Positions 10,001 to 20,010 of a DNA stretch of 51,838 nt are shown here, one piece after another. Below the pieces are notes generated by a model. It ran no database searches. It had not been told where the DNA came from and saw nothing but the letters and a program-made list of their open reading frames with translations. The number at the start of each line of letters is the position of its first letter. Position 1 is the stretch's first letter. This DNA is from a bacterium (GTDB lineage: Bacteria; Patescibacteriota; Saccharimonadia; Saccharimonadales; JAGQNK01): the NCBI GenBank assembly GCA_029557815.1, contig JAKQHX010000024.1, positions 1 to 51,838 on the forward strand, in the 5' to 3' direction. Both the position numbers and the translations under genes were made by a program.

Positions 10001-10049
10001 AACTCCGCGGTATCTTATGGCTATGCTAAAATAGTGCAAGAGAACCCTT

Positions 10050-12107
10050 ATGCTAAAAAACCATAAGATACAGCTTAATTTCGCACTGTCGTTTCTTGTA
10101 CTTGTATGCAGTTTCTTCGTGGCAACGGCCAGGACGGAGGCCGCTACGATAAGTGTGAGCGCAGGTACTGATACAAAAGTGACGGATTCGGTTTGCCGCT
10201 TGTCCGAAGCCATAGAAAACATAAACAACCAGGCACAAACACATGCCGACTGTGCGGCCGGTACTGGCAATGATGTTATCCAATTGCCGACAGGGACTAT
10301 TGCGTTGAGTGCAGACTTGCCGATGCTTACGAGGTCAATCACTATTCAGGGCAGCGGTACGGACAGATCTATTATCAACGGTGGCGGACAATACTTTGTG
10401 TTTCGGTTTAACGCTCCGACTGGCGGCTTTGTATTCAAGGACCTTAAGGTAAGGTCTTTCGGTGGCAGCGCAATTATGGGTCAAGATGCGAAAAGTATAG
10501 ACATAAAAAATATCGAAGCAGACGGCAACGGTTCTATATCCAAGGATATGGGCGATGGGACGACATTCATAGGTGGCTTTGCATTCATTAGCTCCGGAGT
10601 TGAACCTCCGCAGATTTCCATTGATGATTTCTATGCCCATGATTTTGTATCATCGGATGCTGTATTTATGGCCGGAGTGGCAGTAATGGGTCCGAATAAT
10701 AAGATGCAAACAGTAATCGGTCGGAATATTACCATATCCAATCTCGTGTCTACCACCCCTAATGGGCAGCTGATAGGAGTCTTTAGCACTGCTGGTCTTG
10801 GAGGAGGCTCTCGTTCCATGGCCGGTACGTATGAAAATATTACAGTCGAGAACATAGAGTCGATGAATGGAGCAAACGTCTCTGCCTTTGCCCTCTCTGG
10901 AGTTATCGGTGGGGGTGACAGTACGGGTAATATTACCTTGCGAAACGCAACTATTCGAAATATCACAACCGGGCCTAGTCCTTATGCAAGTGGGGCGGTT
11001 AGCGTGGTCGGGGGTGCTAGTGGCCCAGGGGAGCATTTCGAAGGAAGCATCAAGCTACAAAACGTTGTCATTGCCAATGTGTCTGTAGGTGGCACATCAA
11101 AGAGCTGTAGCAAGAACGACATAAGCACGTCGCTCGGGGGTCAAGGTAGCGCTTCACTGTCAATCGAGAGTTTAGGTGGAAATATTTCTGATGATAAGTC
11201 CTGCAATGCTTACTTTAAGCATGCCACCGATAAGACAAACCAGACGAAGCTCAAGGACACGCTCGGCAAGTTAAGCAACAACGGCGGGGTAGTGCCAACT
11301 ATACCTCTGCTTGCCGGTAGCCTGGCAATTGACGCCGGTATATGTGAAGATGCGCCAGCAAAAGATGCGCGTGGTATATCCCGCCCTCAGGGGGTGACTT
11401 GTGACTCCGGTGCGTTCGAAGTACAACAAGCGTCACTATCAAGTCCTGAGGGCTCGCCTGATCCTGTGACAGGTAAAAAGATATTTATTGATGCGCCTAT
11501 CCCCGGATCGGTGGTAAACTCCGCGTCGATTATTCCTGCTACAGAGGCTGAAGCCGACTCGTCCCATGAATACCCTCTTGGTTTGGTTGGCTTTACGGTA
11601 GAGGGAATTCCAAGTGGCTCTACCCAGACCATGAACCTGTATTTCGAGACTGACGCCAAGGCGGAAGAATTCGTAGCCAGAAAATACAATCAAAGTACCA
11701 AAGAGTACCGGGACATTCCTGGCGCAGTCCTCTCGAACGAAACCAGAAATGGCAGGCCAGTTATAAAACTGAGCTATCAGATTACGGACGGCGGCGAGCT
11801 GGATCTCGATGGTGCCGCGGATGGATCGCTTCTTGACCCGGTTGGTCTTGCAAAGCCAAAGAGCTTACTCGCAAGCACAGGTACGACTACCATAGTGACT
11901 TCATTGGTTGCGGCTGTGCTGATAGTAGCCGTAATCTTGGTCAATATTGATTACCGCCGGCATAAGGCACCTCTCATAGAGCTCGATAAGCAAACCCATC
12001 AGAACCTTGCTGCGAACTATACCTTCTGGCATCATGTCAAAGTCGTCACAATCCCAACTATGAAGTACCGGTTTACGATTGTCTTGGACAAAAAGACAAC
12101 TATCTAA
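10050..12107 (+). CDS. secreted parallel beta-helix surface protein with C-terminal membrane anchor
   Basis: 685 aa with a signal peptide. CRLSEAIENINN...C start motif and DARGISRPQGVTCDSGAFEV end motif, as in choice-of-anchor-Q-type beta-helix domains. A C-terminal TDGGELDLDGAADGSLLDPVGLA module is followed by LLASTG, a TM helix and YRRHK. Confidence 0.8.
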   Translation: MLKNHKIQLNFALSFLVLVCSFFVATARTEAATISVSAGTDTKVTDSVCRLSEAIENINNQAQTHADCAAGTGNDVIQLPTGTIALSADLPMLTRSITIQGSGTDRSIINGGGQYFVFRFNAPTGGFVFKDLKVRSFGGSAIMGQDAKSIDIKNIEADGNGSISKDMGDGTTFIGGFAFISSGVEPPQISIDDFYAHDFVSSDAVFMAGVAVMGPNNKMQTVIGRNITISNLVSTTPNGQLIGVFSTAGLGGGSRSMAGTYENITVENIESMNGANVSAFALSGVIGGGDSTGNITLRNATIRNITTGPSPYASGAVSVVGGASGPGEHFEGSIKLQNVVIANVSVGGTSKSCSKNDISTSLGGQGSASLSIESLGGNISDDKSCNAYFKHATDKTNQTKLKDTLGKLSNNGGVVPTIPLLAGSLAIDAGICEDAPAKDARGISRPQGVTCDSGAFEVQQASLSSPEGSPDPVTGKKIFIDAPIPGSVVNSASIIPATEAEADSSHEYPLGLVGFTVEGIPSGSTQTMNLYFETDAKAEEFVARKYNQSTKEYRDIPGAVLSNETRNGRPVIKLSYQITDGGELDLDGAADGSLLDPVGLAKPKSLLASTGTTTIVTSLVAAVLIVAVILVNIDYRRHKAPLIELDKQTHQNLAANYTFWHHVKVVTIPTMKYRFTIVLDKKTTI

Positions 12108-12147
12108 CATCTAGCCGTTCCTTGTTCTCTTTCGACAGATTTTTGGT

Positions 12148-12609
12148 TTATCTGATAATAATCCGTGTGGCTGATTCTTTGTTGCCGTCTTTTTTGACGA
12201 AGACCGTGACTTGATTGCCTTGCTTGACTGCTGAAATGTCCAAGGTATTGGATTGCTGGGTAACCTGTACGCTTTCGCTGAGGGCGATACGCTTTTCTTG
12301 GCCGTTCACTTGTTTTATGGTTATGACATTGTTGCCGACTTCTGTGACCTGTCCAATGACAGTACCGGGAAGAACCGGGTTATTGGCGATGAGATTGAGC
12401 GGATTTATGGCTTCGGTTATTTTCTTTATTGCAGCTTCTCCACCTTGTTCTTTGCCCTTTTGGAAGCCAGTATAGTAACCAATGCCTGCAGAGGCACCCA
12501 CGAGCAGTGTTATCACCACGACGGATTTGGCATAATGCCTTTTATTGGACTTGCGATGGTATGCCGGCGGTAAGACTTTTGGGTCTGATTTATCTTGAGA
12601 TGTTTCCAT
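12148..12609 (-). CDS. hypothetical membrane-anchored protein
   Basis: Start trimmed to METSQDK (ATG 12609), with TAATAT 7 nt upstream. One TM helix (VVVITLLVGASAGIGYY) is followed by a small beta-rich ectodomain. Divergent from the giant gene. Confidence 0.5.
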   Translation of the reverse strand: METSQDKSDPKVLPPAYHRKSNKRHYAKSVVVITLLVGASAGIGYYTGFQKGKEQGGEAAIKKITEAINPLNLIANNPVLPGTVIGQVTEVGNNVITIKQVNGQEKRIALSESVQVTQQSNTLDISAVKQGNQVTVFVKKDGNKESATRIIIR

Positions 12610-12680
12610 TACGTATATATTACCATAAGGACAATTGATTATATCATTACAAAAAGCTAAAATTAAAACAACCAACAATC

Positions 12681-15600
12681 ATGAAGCAGGGGCTTCGGGT
12701 GCATATATTTTCGGAGTTATCAAATCTCGTGCAAACAGACAAAAATATGAACTATAAGTTTCCATTGGTGCATTGGTACGCCTTTGTATTGCTCGCCACG
12801 TTGTTGCTCGCGGCTGTCGTTGTGCAAAACGGTTTTACGGCAAGCGCATTTAGCGGTAGTGGCGAAGGTACGACCAATGCGCCATATCTCATTAGTACAT
12901 GTGAACATCTCCAAGAGATTGCGTTGGATAAGGACGCAAACTATATATTGACTCAGGATATAGATTGCTCGAATACCACTTCCTGGAATGACGGTGCCGG
13001 CTTTGCGCCTATACACAACTTCATCGGATCCCTAGATGGCAGAAACCACACCATAACAGGTCTCTATATCAATCGACCGAGCGACTACGCAGTGGGACTA
13101 TTCGGATTTGCAGACGGTGCAATAATTAAAAATATACGGTTCGCAAACAGTCTGGCCACAACCGGACAGGTAGCTATTACCGGTAGGCAGAATGTGGGTG
13201 CTGTAGCCGGCGAATTACGATACAATGCTGTACTCTCCAACATTCATAGTGAGCTCTCCGTACAATCTTCGCCTGCCGGGACGTCAGGTAGTCTTACGGG
13301 AGGACTGGTCGGCATTAGCAGAGGTAATATAAGCCGGAGCTCAAGTAGCGGGACGGTTATTGCAAATGTACCCGATTCGGGAGGCGTTTATGCAACCGCA
13401 GGCGGATTGGTCGGCTACACGGATACCTGGGAAGGGGGCGTGGGACATGTACAAGACAGTTATGCCACTGGAACGGTGCGGCTCGCAAACACAGAAACGA
13501 CATATCCCGGGACTGCTAATTGTGGGGGGCTTATAGGATCCATCAGCTATCCAGCAACCGTACAACGCTCTTATTCAAGTGGGGATGTTAACTGTCCTGC
13601 GAATGATGGCAGTGCAGGTGGCTTTATCGGTATACTTATCACAAGCGGTACTACAGAAGTACAGGTGGAAAACAACTTTGCCACCGGCTCTGTTACCGGT
13701 CCGTGGGGCGGACGCGGTTTCATTGGCTGGACTGACTCGGATACAACCGACATATCGAGCAACTACTACGATGCCACGCAAACTGGTCAAACAACGTGTG
13801 TTGGGGAACAGGAGTCAGGATGTAACGCCGTTAACACAGACGGCTCAGACCAGGACTACTTCAAAAACCCAGATAACTTCCCATTCCCCAATTGGGATCA
13901 GGGAAGTGTATGGACAATCGGGCCAGACATGCCCGTTTTCAAGGAAGTCCAAATAAGCCCCGATCCTCCAACTAACCTGAACGCCATACGTGAAACAGAT
14001 ATAACGCTTAATTGGGAAGCGCCGATTCCGCTTGAGGGCAGAAGCAATAACATCAACGATTATAAAATAGAGTATAAGTTACCCACCGACACTGCGTGGA
14101 CGGTATACGATGATGGTGTGTCTGCGCTCACATCCGCAACGGTGAGCGGAATTGACGATGAAAGTACTTATATCTTCCGTATCCAAGCCGTGAATGATAT
14201 AGGCGCAGGGCTTTACTCGGCGTCTTTGCAGGTTTCACCGGACGCCCCTACTCAGGTGGTGGGGCTGACCGGAGAAGCCAACGCAAGGTCAGCGAGCTTG
14301 TCATGGGAGGCGACAGAGAGAACGGCAAGCTACAAAACCCAATACAAAGCAAGTTCAGACTCGGAATGGTCTGAAGGTATCAGTCTGGGTGAAGCGAGTG
14401 ATACAAGCAGAGCTATATATGGGCTAAATCCCGGTGTTGCTTATGAGTTCCGGGTGGCAGCAGTCAATGGGGGCGGTCAAGGACCGTGGTCTGAAGTGCT
14501 TGAACTAGCAACCACACAGCAACAGTCGTACACAATTGCGACATGCCAAGAGCTACAAGACATACAGAACGATCCATCAGGAATCTATACCCTTGCGAAC
14601 GACATCAATTGTTCGGATACGGTGAACTGGAATAGCGGCAAAGGCTTCTTGCCTATAGATGTTTTCATCGGAACGCTTAAGGGTAATGGCCATACAATCG
14701 ACAGCATATACATGAATACTCAGATAATCGGCTCACCGCAGGATACTTTTCATGGTGTAGGGCTTTTTGGCGTAGTGATGGATGCGAATATTACAAATGT
14801 TCGGTTACAAAATACTACTCTGATAGCAAGCTTTGCACTCGATGAAACTGTTGACGCAGACCAAGACGGTATTCCAGATGACGTACAATTGCCGACCAGT
14901 CCAGAGGAAATCCAGCAGTTGCTCGCGGGCGGCCAGGAAGAAATATTAGCAAGGCTGGGTAGTATCGCAGGCGTGGTGGGCAACTTTGGAAAAGTTGGCG
15001 CCGGCACTATGGCAGGGCTGGTTTTGGGTGGAACATACCAAGATATCACAAGCAATAACGCTGCGGTGATTGGTGGCGAAGCTGGCGGTATATTCGGAAT
15101 CGTCACACCATTTTCACTCCAGGCCCAGTTAGGAGGCGCCTCAGCACCGTTTACTGAAAGTGCTCCAATTACTATGTCCAGGCTATCATCTAGCGGCGCG
15201 GTTAACGGTGTGGTTTCTGGCGGGTTAATCGGTTTGATACTATCTGGCATATCCAATGACATCAATGTTCCACAGGTAAAAGTCCAAGATAGCAGCTCGA
15301 CTGCAACGGTTGACGGGAACGTTTCTGGCGGCTTGGCTGGTGTTGCTGTTTCAATCATGGAAATTTTGTCTCTGGTACAAACTCAAAATCCAGCAGAAAT
15401 ACCTGAAAAAGTAAGTTCAGCACTTTCTACCTATGATATAGAAATCAAAGACTCATCGGCGAAAGGCAATGTAAGTACATGCAATACGATCACGCAGGTG
15501 CCTATCGGAAGCTTGGGTGGGGTGCTTGGCGCGGGCGTTGGAGTGCAGCTTAAAGGGACCAAAGCCAGCGGTAGCGTAACAGCCTGTGCGAGCAATGCTG

Positions 15601-18600
15601 ACGAGATAGGAGTGTACGGCGGTGCGCTGGGCGGCCTGGCTGGCAGTTTGCTTGCCAGCCGGATAGATGACAGCCATGCCAGCGGGCGTGTAGGTGGTGT
15701 CCAGCCCTTGACTGGCCCTCGTCCAGATGAGAGGCTCAGGATTTTTGCGGGCGCAAGCGGTGGGTTGACTGGCATATTCATCTCTACCGGCGATCAGAAT
15801 AACAGGCCGGTGATTAGCAGCAGCTCTTCTACTGGACCGGTTAGAAATGACGGCGGCAACGGTTTGTTCGCCTTTAATGGAGGATTCTCTGGCATATACA
15901 TAGGAAGCGGAACTATCAAAGATTCGCATTCCAAGAGCGTGGTAGAAAATAAGTTGCCTCAAGACCACTACTTTGGCGCCAGTATCAGCGGAGGACTTCT
16001 CGGTTTATCAGTGGGTATTGATGTGAATCCGATTCTTAGTATGGTGTTTGGTAAAGGGCTGATTCCGTCACGGGGAATCGTGGTGAATAACTCCTACGCT
16101 ACCGGTGACGTCAAGACTACCAACAGTAGTGGCGGCGTCTTCGCGTCTATATCAGGCGGCATGGGCGGTATGATACTGGGCCACGCGAGCATAATTAACT
16201 CGCACGCTACCGGTAATGTATCATCGAACATGTCTGATGGCTTGCACATAAACGTGGAGAACCCTTTCCAGACCCAAGGAAACTCACTTGCGATAAGCGG
16301 TGGCTTACTGGGTTTTGCAGCTGGCATAGACCAGAATCAGATACTAACTACAGTAGCCGGCGCCGAGCCTAAAGACGGAGACGGTATTTTGATTAACAAT
16401 GTGTATGCTGCTGGCAACGTTAAGGGCACCATAGGAGGTGGCTTGATCGGCTATGCAGAGTTACGAACAAGGATTAATAAAACATATGCCGAAGGCAAAG
16501 TGCGTGGCACAATTGTCGGTGGACTCGTGGGTTCAAGTGGTGCAGGCGCAACGGCTGGACTAGCAGGAGCGAGTGCGGTGCTAAGTAGTATCACTGACCC
16601 GGACGGTATACCTGCAATGGTTATGCCGTTAATCCAGAAGGGGGCCGAGATGGTCTCGCCTTTGGTTATTACTAATACGTATACGACTGGTGACATAGCA
16701 GCTGTGCCGTTAAGTGTTAAGGTGACGCAGGGAAACTCTCCAGGCCCGGTTGCGCCATTTGAGCTCCCAACCATGGCTGGTGGGGTAGTGGGGCTTTACG
16801 CCTCTCCTGCGGGCAAGGTAGAGGATTCGTATGCAAGTGGCAAAATAACAGTTGCTAACGATACAACCCTAGAAGCTGCTTTGCCAGAACAGGTAAAAAT
16901 TCCCCGCATATCGAACATGGTCGGCGGTATCTTTGGAGTAGCAGTAGCCATGCCGCAGCCTGACATGGCCCAGATACTCGCTGGAGCAATTGATAGAGAT
17001 AATCCTCCGCCCCTTGAGGCTTACTTCAAAACCCCGATGATTGTGAAAGATGTTTTTGCAGTGAGCGAGCTGCGCGTTCCGGACAAGACACTGGTCGGCG
17101 GTGTTGCCGGCTTGTTTGGCTCGCCACTCAGCGCTGCTTTTCAGGATTCGGTTCCGGCAAATAAATTCTACGACATAGACAATATATACTTTGATGAGTC
17201 GCAGATTCGTGTGAGCGGTTGTAATGGTCCCCGGAAGCCCGAGATGTTCTTTAATGAGTTATTTGAAGGACTTGAGGTGCCGGACGAAGCAGTGGAGGCT
17301 GGCACGCTACCCCCACTACCGGAAGACTCACCCGTAAATATTGTGCTGCCGTTCTTCAAGGTTGCAAATTGTAACAGCGTAAACAAGGCTAATACCACGC
17401 CTGCGTACTTCAAGAATAATAAAGTGAATCCACCCCTGGATAAATGGGACTTTGACAAAACCTGGGTCGTAAAAGAGGAAGATTATCCAAAGTTTGTTGC
17501 CGGCGCTCATACCTCTACGCCCGTTGATCCGCCCACTCCTACCGTTCCTACAACTCCTTCAATCCCTACGGGTACAACAACGACAGGCACACGGCGTCTG
17601 CCGCCTAGTGGTTTTGGGGCCGGATCGCCAATCGATCTCGATACTACCGAGACCGCAGGCAGACTTGATAACTTCATGACGAATAGATTTGGTAATGTGT
17701 CTGAAAAACTCGCCAAGCTAATCCCTTATATTCTCCTGCTATTGCTCGTAGCGCTCGCTTTGTTGTATACCTACCTGTCCATCCTCGAAGACAATAGACG
17801 GAAGCGCTTGCAAGCACTGGTTACGCGGTTCAAGGAATCGCAGATTGCACGATCCGTATATCTAAAGCTTACCTCGCACTTCATAAACACCCCTATTACA
17901 GAAATGCGAACAGCGGTTGAGTTGTTGACCGGCCTGAAGCAGCTGGATGGCCAGGTTGCTGGCGTCGTTCAAGAGCAGCTAAAGCTACTTGGCGGAAACG
18001 CACAAATGCTCCTAAGTGCCGCCCAGGAGTTGAGTCAGGCACAGGAATCAAGTCTGCAAAAAGTCCAGGCCATCAAGATACCTTCCCTTGTCAGGAAGCC
18101 GGCAGTATGGGTGCCCGTAGCGGTGACCGTGACGCTCGCACTATTTGCAAATATACTATTCGTACAAATAGATAAATACGAACCAAGTGTCATAAATTTT
18201 GCTACGCAGGTCGCCTTGGCGGTAGTAGGGGTTGTGGCGCTGGTCATATCCTGTTACTTCCTTGAACAATCAAAACACATAACGGCAACTGTTCGTGCTC
18301 AGCATGATTTGGAAAAATCAGTTTTTGACCAGCAAAACTACTTAATTCATTCGATTGCGTCTAGTCTCGATAGGGAAACGCAAGAATTAAAGAAATATGA
18401 AAAAGAAATTGCAGGTAAGCCGAAAGGTACTATATTCACCGATGGGCTTAAGGATCTGGAGTATCTAACCAGTCGTTTTGATAAGCTATCGCAGCTATCC
18501 AAGCACGTACCTGGTCTTAGCTGGTCGACGAACGTTAGTCTCGTAGCGCAAAAGGCACTTGCTGATGTAGCGCACTATGCCGAACAGGCCCGAATTACCA

Positions 18601-18992
18601 TCAACTCATCAATTGACAGTACCGTTCATGCAAATGTTGATACCGATTCGCTCTATCATATACTCTACTCATCGTTAGAGAATGCGGTGAAATACAGTAA
18701 GCCTGAGTCACAGGTAGCTTTGGTTGTAGGCGCGCAACGAGAATATGCCATTATCGAAGTACAAGACCACGGCAAAGGAATCTCCAAGGAGAACATCGTA
18801 CGGTTGTTCCAGCCCTTTTCACGAATCAGTCCGGTTGAGCAGTTTGACGATCAAGGAATAGGTCTGGATCTGTACTTTTCTAAGGTAATTGTCGAAAACT
18901 ACGGCGGATCAATCGTCCTTGTTTCACAAGAAGGTCAAGGGACCACGGCGAAAATAAGGCTGCCCCAGAGTCGCAAGCCGGCTAAAAAGTAA
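12681..18992 (+). CDS. giant surface protein (two GLUG-motif modules, two FN3 domains, long GG[LIF][ILV]G repeat region) fused to a C-terminal membrane-embedded histidine kinase
   Basis: Uninterrupted 2103-aa ORF; an alternative start at ATG 12747 would give the signal peptide MNYKFPLVHWYAFVLLATLLLAAVVV.
- GLUG-type modules lie at about 12870-13945 and from 14520.
- The FN3 pair lies at about 13950-14515.
- A Pro/Thr linker lies at about 17510-17590.
- TM helices lie at about 17718-17787, 18103-18165 and 18199-18263.
- HATPase_c boxes: N (SLENAVKYS), G1 (VQDHGKGIS), F (FQPFSR), G2 (GIGLDLYFSKVIVENYGGSI). Confidence 0.9.
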   Translation: MKQGLRVHIFSELSNLVQTDKNMNYKFPLVHWYAFVLLATLLLAAVVVQNGFTASAFSGSGEGTTNAPYLISTCEHLQEIALDKDANYILTQDIDCSNTTSWNDGAGFAPIHNFIGSLDGRNHTITGLYINRPSDYAVGLFGFADGAIIKNIRFANSLATTGQVAITGRQNVGAVAGELRYNAVLSNIHSELSVQSSPAGTSGSLTGGLVGISRGNISRSSSSGTVIANVPDSGGVYATAGGLVGYTDTWEGGVGHVQDSYATGTVRLANTETTYPGTANCGGLIGSISYPATVQRSYSSGDVNCPANDGSAGGFIGILITSGTTEVQVENNFATGSVTGPWGGRGFIGWTDSDTTDISSNYYDATQTGQTTCVGEQESGCNAVNTDGSDQDYFKNPDNFPFPNWDQGSVWTIGPDMPVFKEVQISPDPPTNLNAIRETDITLNWEAPIPLEGRSNNINDYKIEYKLPTDTAWTVYDDGVSALTSATVSGIDDESTYIFRIQAVNDIGAGLYSASLQVSPDAPTQVVGLTGEANARSASLSWEATERTASYKTQYKASSDSEWSEGISLGEASDTSRAIYGLNPGVAYEFRVAAVNGGGQGPWSEVLELATTQQQSYTIATCQELQDIQNDPSGIYTLANDINCSDTVNWNSGKGFLPIDVFIGTLKGNGHTIDSIYMNTQIIGSPQDTFHGVGLFGVVMDANITNVRLQNTTLIASFALDETVDADQDGIPDDVQLPTSPEEIQQLLAGGQEEILARLGSIAGVVGNFGKVGAGTMAGLVLGGTYQDITSNNAAVIGGEAGGIFGIVTPFSLQAQLGGASAPFTESAPITMSRLSSSGAVNGVVSGGLIGLILSGISNDINVPQVKVQDSSSTATVDGNVSGGLAGVAVSIMEILSLVQTQNPAEIPEKVSSALSTYDIEIKDSSAKGNVSTCNTITQVPIGSLGGVLGAGVGVQLKGTKASGSVTACASNADEIGVYGGALGGLAGSLLASRIDDSHASGRVGGVQPLTGPRPDERLRIFAGASGGLTGIFISTGDQNNRPVISSSSSTGPVRNDGGNGLFAFNGGFSGIYIGSGTIKDSHSKSVVENKLPQDHYFGASISGGLLGLSVGIDVNPILSMVFGKGLIPSRGIVVNNSYATGDVKTTNSSGGVFASISGGMGGMILGHASIINSHATGNVSSNMSDGLHINVENPFQTQGNSLAISGGLLGFAAGIDQNQILTTVAGAEPKDGDGILINNVYAAGNVKGTIGGGLIGYAELRTRINKTYAEGKVRGTIVGGLVGSSGAGATAGLAGASAVLSSITDPDGIPAMVMPLIQKGAEMVSPLVITNTYTTGDIAAVPLSVKVTQGNSPGPVAPFELPTMAGGVVGLYASPAGKVEDSYASGKITVANDTTLEAALPEQVKIPRISNMVGGIFGVAVAMPQPDMAQILAGAIDRDNPPPLEAYFKTPMIVKDVFAVSELRVPDKTLVGGVAGLFGSPLSAAFQDSVPANKFYDIDNIYFDESQIRVSGCNGPRKPEMFFNELFEGLEVPDEAVEAGTLPPLPEDSPVNIVLPFFKVANCNSVNKANTTPAYFKNNKVNPPLDKWDFDKTWVVKEEDYPKFVAGAHTSTPVDPPTPTVPTTPSIPTGTTTTGTRRLPPSGFGAGSPIDLDTTETAGRLDNFMTNRFGNVSEKLAKLIPYILLLLLVALALLYTYLSILEDNRRKRLQALVTRFKESQIARSVYLKLTSHFINTPITEMRTAVELLTGLKQLDGQVAGVVQEQLKLLGGNAQMLLSAAQELSQAQESSLQKVQAIKIPSLVRKPAVWVPVAVTVTLALFANILFVQIDKYEPSVINFATQVALAVVGVVALVISCYFLEQSKHITATVRAQHDLEKSVFDQQNYLIHSIASSLDRETQELKKYEKEIAGKPKGTIFTDGLKDLEYLTSRFDKLSQLSKHVPGLSWSTNVSLVAQKALADVAHYAEQARITINSSIDSTVHANVDTDSLYHILYSSLENAVKYSKPESQVALVVGAQREYAIIEVQDHGKGISKENIVRLFQPFSRISPVEQFDDQGIGLDLYFSKVIVENYGGSIVLVSQEGQGTTAKIRLPQSRKPAKK

Positions 18993-19047
18993 AACCCGGC
19001 AAGATGGTAGCTAGTATATTGTTTTTGTGTTATAATATACAAAAGTT

Positions 19048-19965
19048 ATGAGTAGTATCGACATTCCGCAAGTGCGGGTTTTTGCTCCTGGTGTGCTGTC
19101 CTTTCCTAGTGGCGAGGCAATTGACTCACCTATGGCATGGCAGGAATATTTAGGTGACTTGAGTATCATGTCTATCGACGGCGTATCTTATGCCCCTCTG
19201 CCTGCAGCATTTGAAAAGACGCGTTCGAGTGAAATGCGGCGACCGATATGGGCTGGTGACCAGTATTGGCATCTTGACCTTTGTCGCGAGGGCAATCAAA
19301 TCGGTCGCCTGGTCACGGCAATATACTATGCTGAAGGCGATGAGAGTGCACCAGGTACCGATATCGTTGACACTACGCGCTTGCGTGAAGCTATGGAAGC
19401 TGACGGAGTTTTTGCCCGAGCCGAACTGGATGAAGATACTTTGTCCCGGCTCGAGACTGAGTTTTCCGCCTCAACGTACTTTACGGAAACGCTTCCACGG
19501 ACGGCTAGACAGGCCAGCCGGACAGAAAGAGCAGCAATTGCGGCGTTTCTAGAGAGCAGGCAGATTGACGGAAAAGAAGTTCCGCTACAAAAATATGCTG
19601 ACTACCTTGACGCAAGGCATCCCCCTGTCAGGTTGCCGCTTTTGCAAGAAAACCCTTTTGATCCACAGGGCGGTGTTGGGCTGATGTTCGATGTTGAGCG
19701 TGGACGTGACATCATTGATCCTCGAACAGGCTTATCGTATGGAGGGTTGCTGTATGCGATGCGCCTGTATCTTGACGTTAAAGAGTCGGAACTGCGAGAG
19801 CGGGGAGTTATTGACACTATTGAGCCGGAGCCGGGTAAGGTAGCACTCTTTACCCGAGAAGGTAGCCTTCACCGTGCACAGGCTGGTAATGAAGCTAATC
19901 GCAAGATTTTTCTAGGCTGGCTCGCCACCAAGCCGGATGGGGTTGCGCTTGACTTCAGTGATTAG
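19048..19965 (+). CDS. hypothetical cytoplasmic protein
   Basis: 305 aa with no TM or signal peptide. TATAAT lies 11 nt upstream of the ATG and there is no SD. A possible HxD (YWHLDL) ... H (GSLHRAQ) ... R (NRKIF) triad is reminiscent of 2OG-Fe(II) oxygenases, but this is unverified. Confidence 0.55.
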   Translation: MSSIDIPQVRVFAPGVLSFPSGEAIDSPMAWQEYLGDLSIMSIDGVSYAPLPAAFEKTRSSEMRRPIWAGDQYWHLDLCREGNQIGRLVTAIYYAEGDESAPGTDIVDTTRLREAMEADGVFARAELDEDTLSRLETEFSASTYFTETLPRTARQASRTERAAIAAFLESRQIDGKEVPLQKYADYLDARHPPVRLPLLQENPFDPQGGVGLMFDVERGRDIIDPRTGLSYGGLLYAMRLYLDVKESELRERGVIDTIEPEPGKVALFTREGSLHRAQAGNEANRKIFLGWLATKPDGVALDFSD

Positions 19966-20010
19966 GTAGCTGCAGTTTTTGGTGAGGCGTATAGTATACT
20001 CATTCTCACC

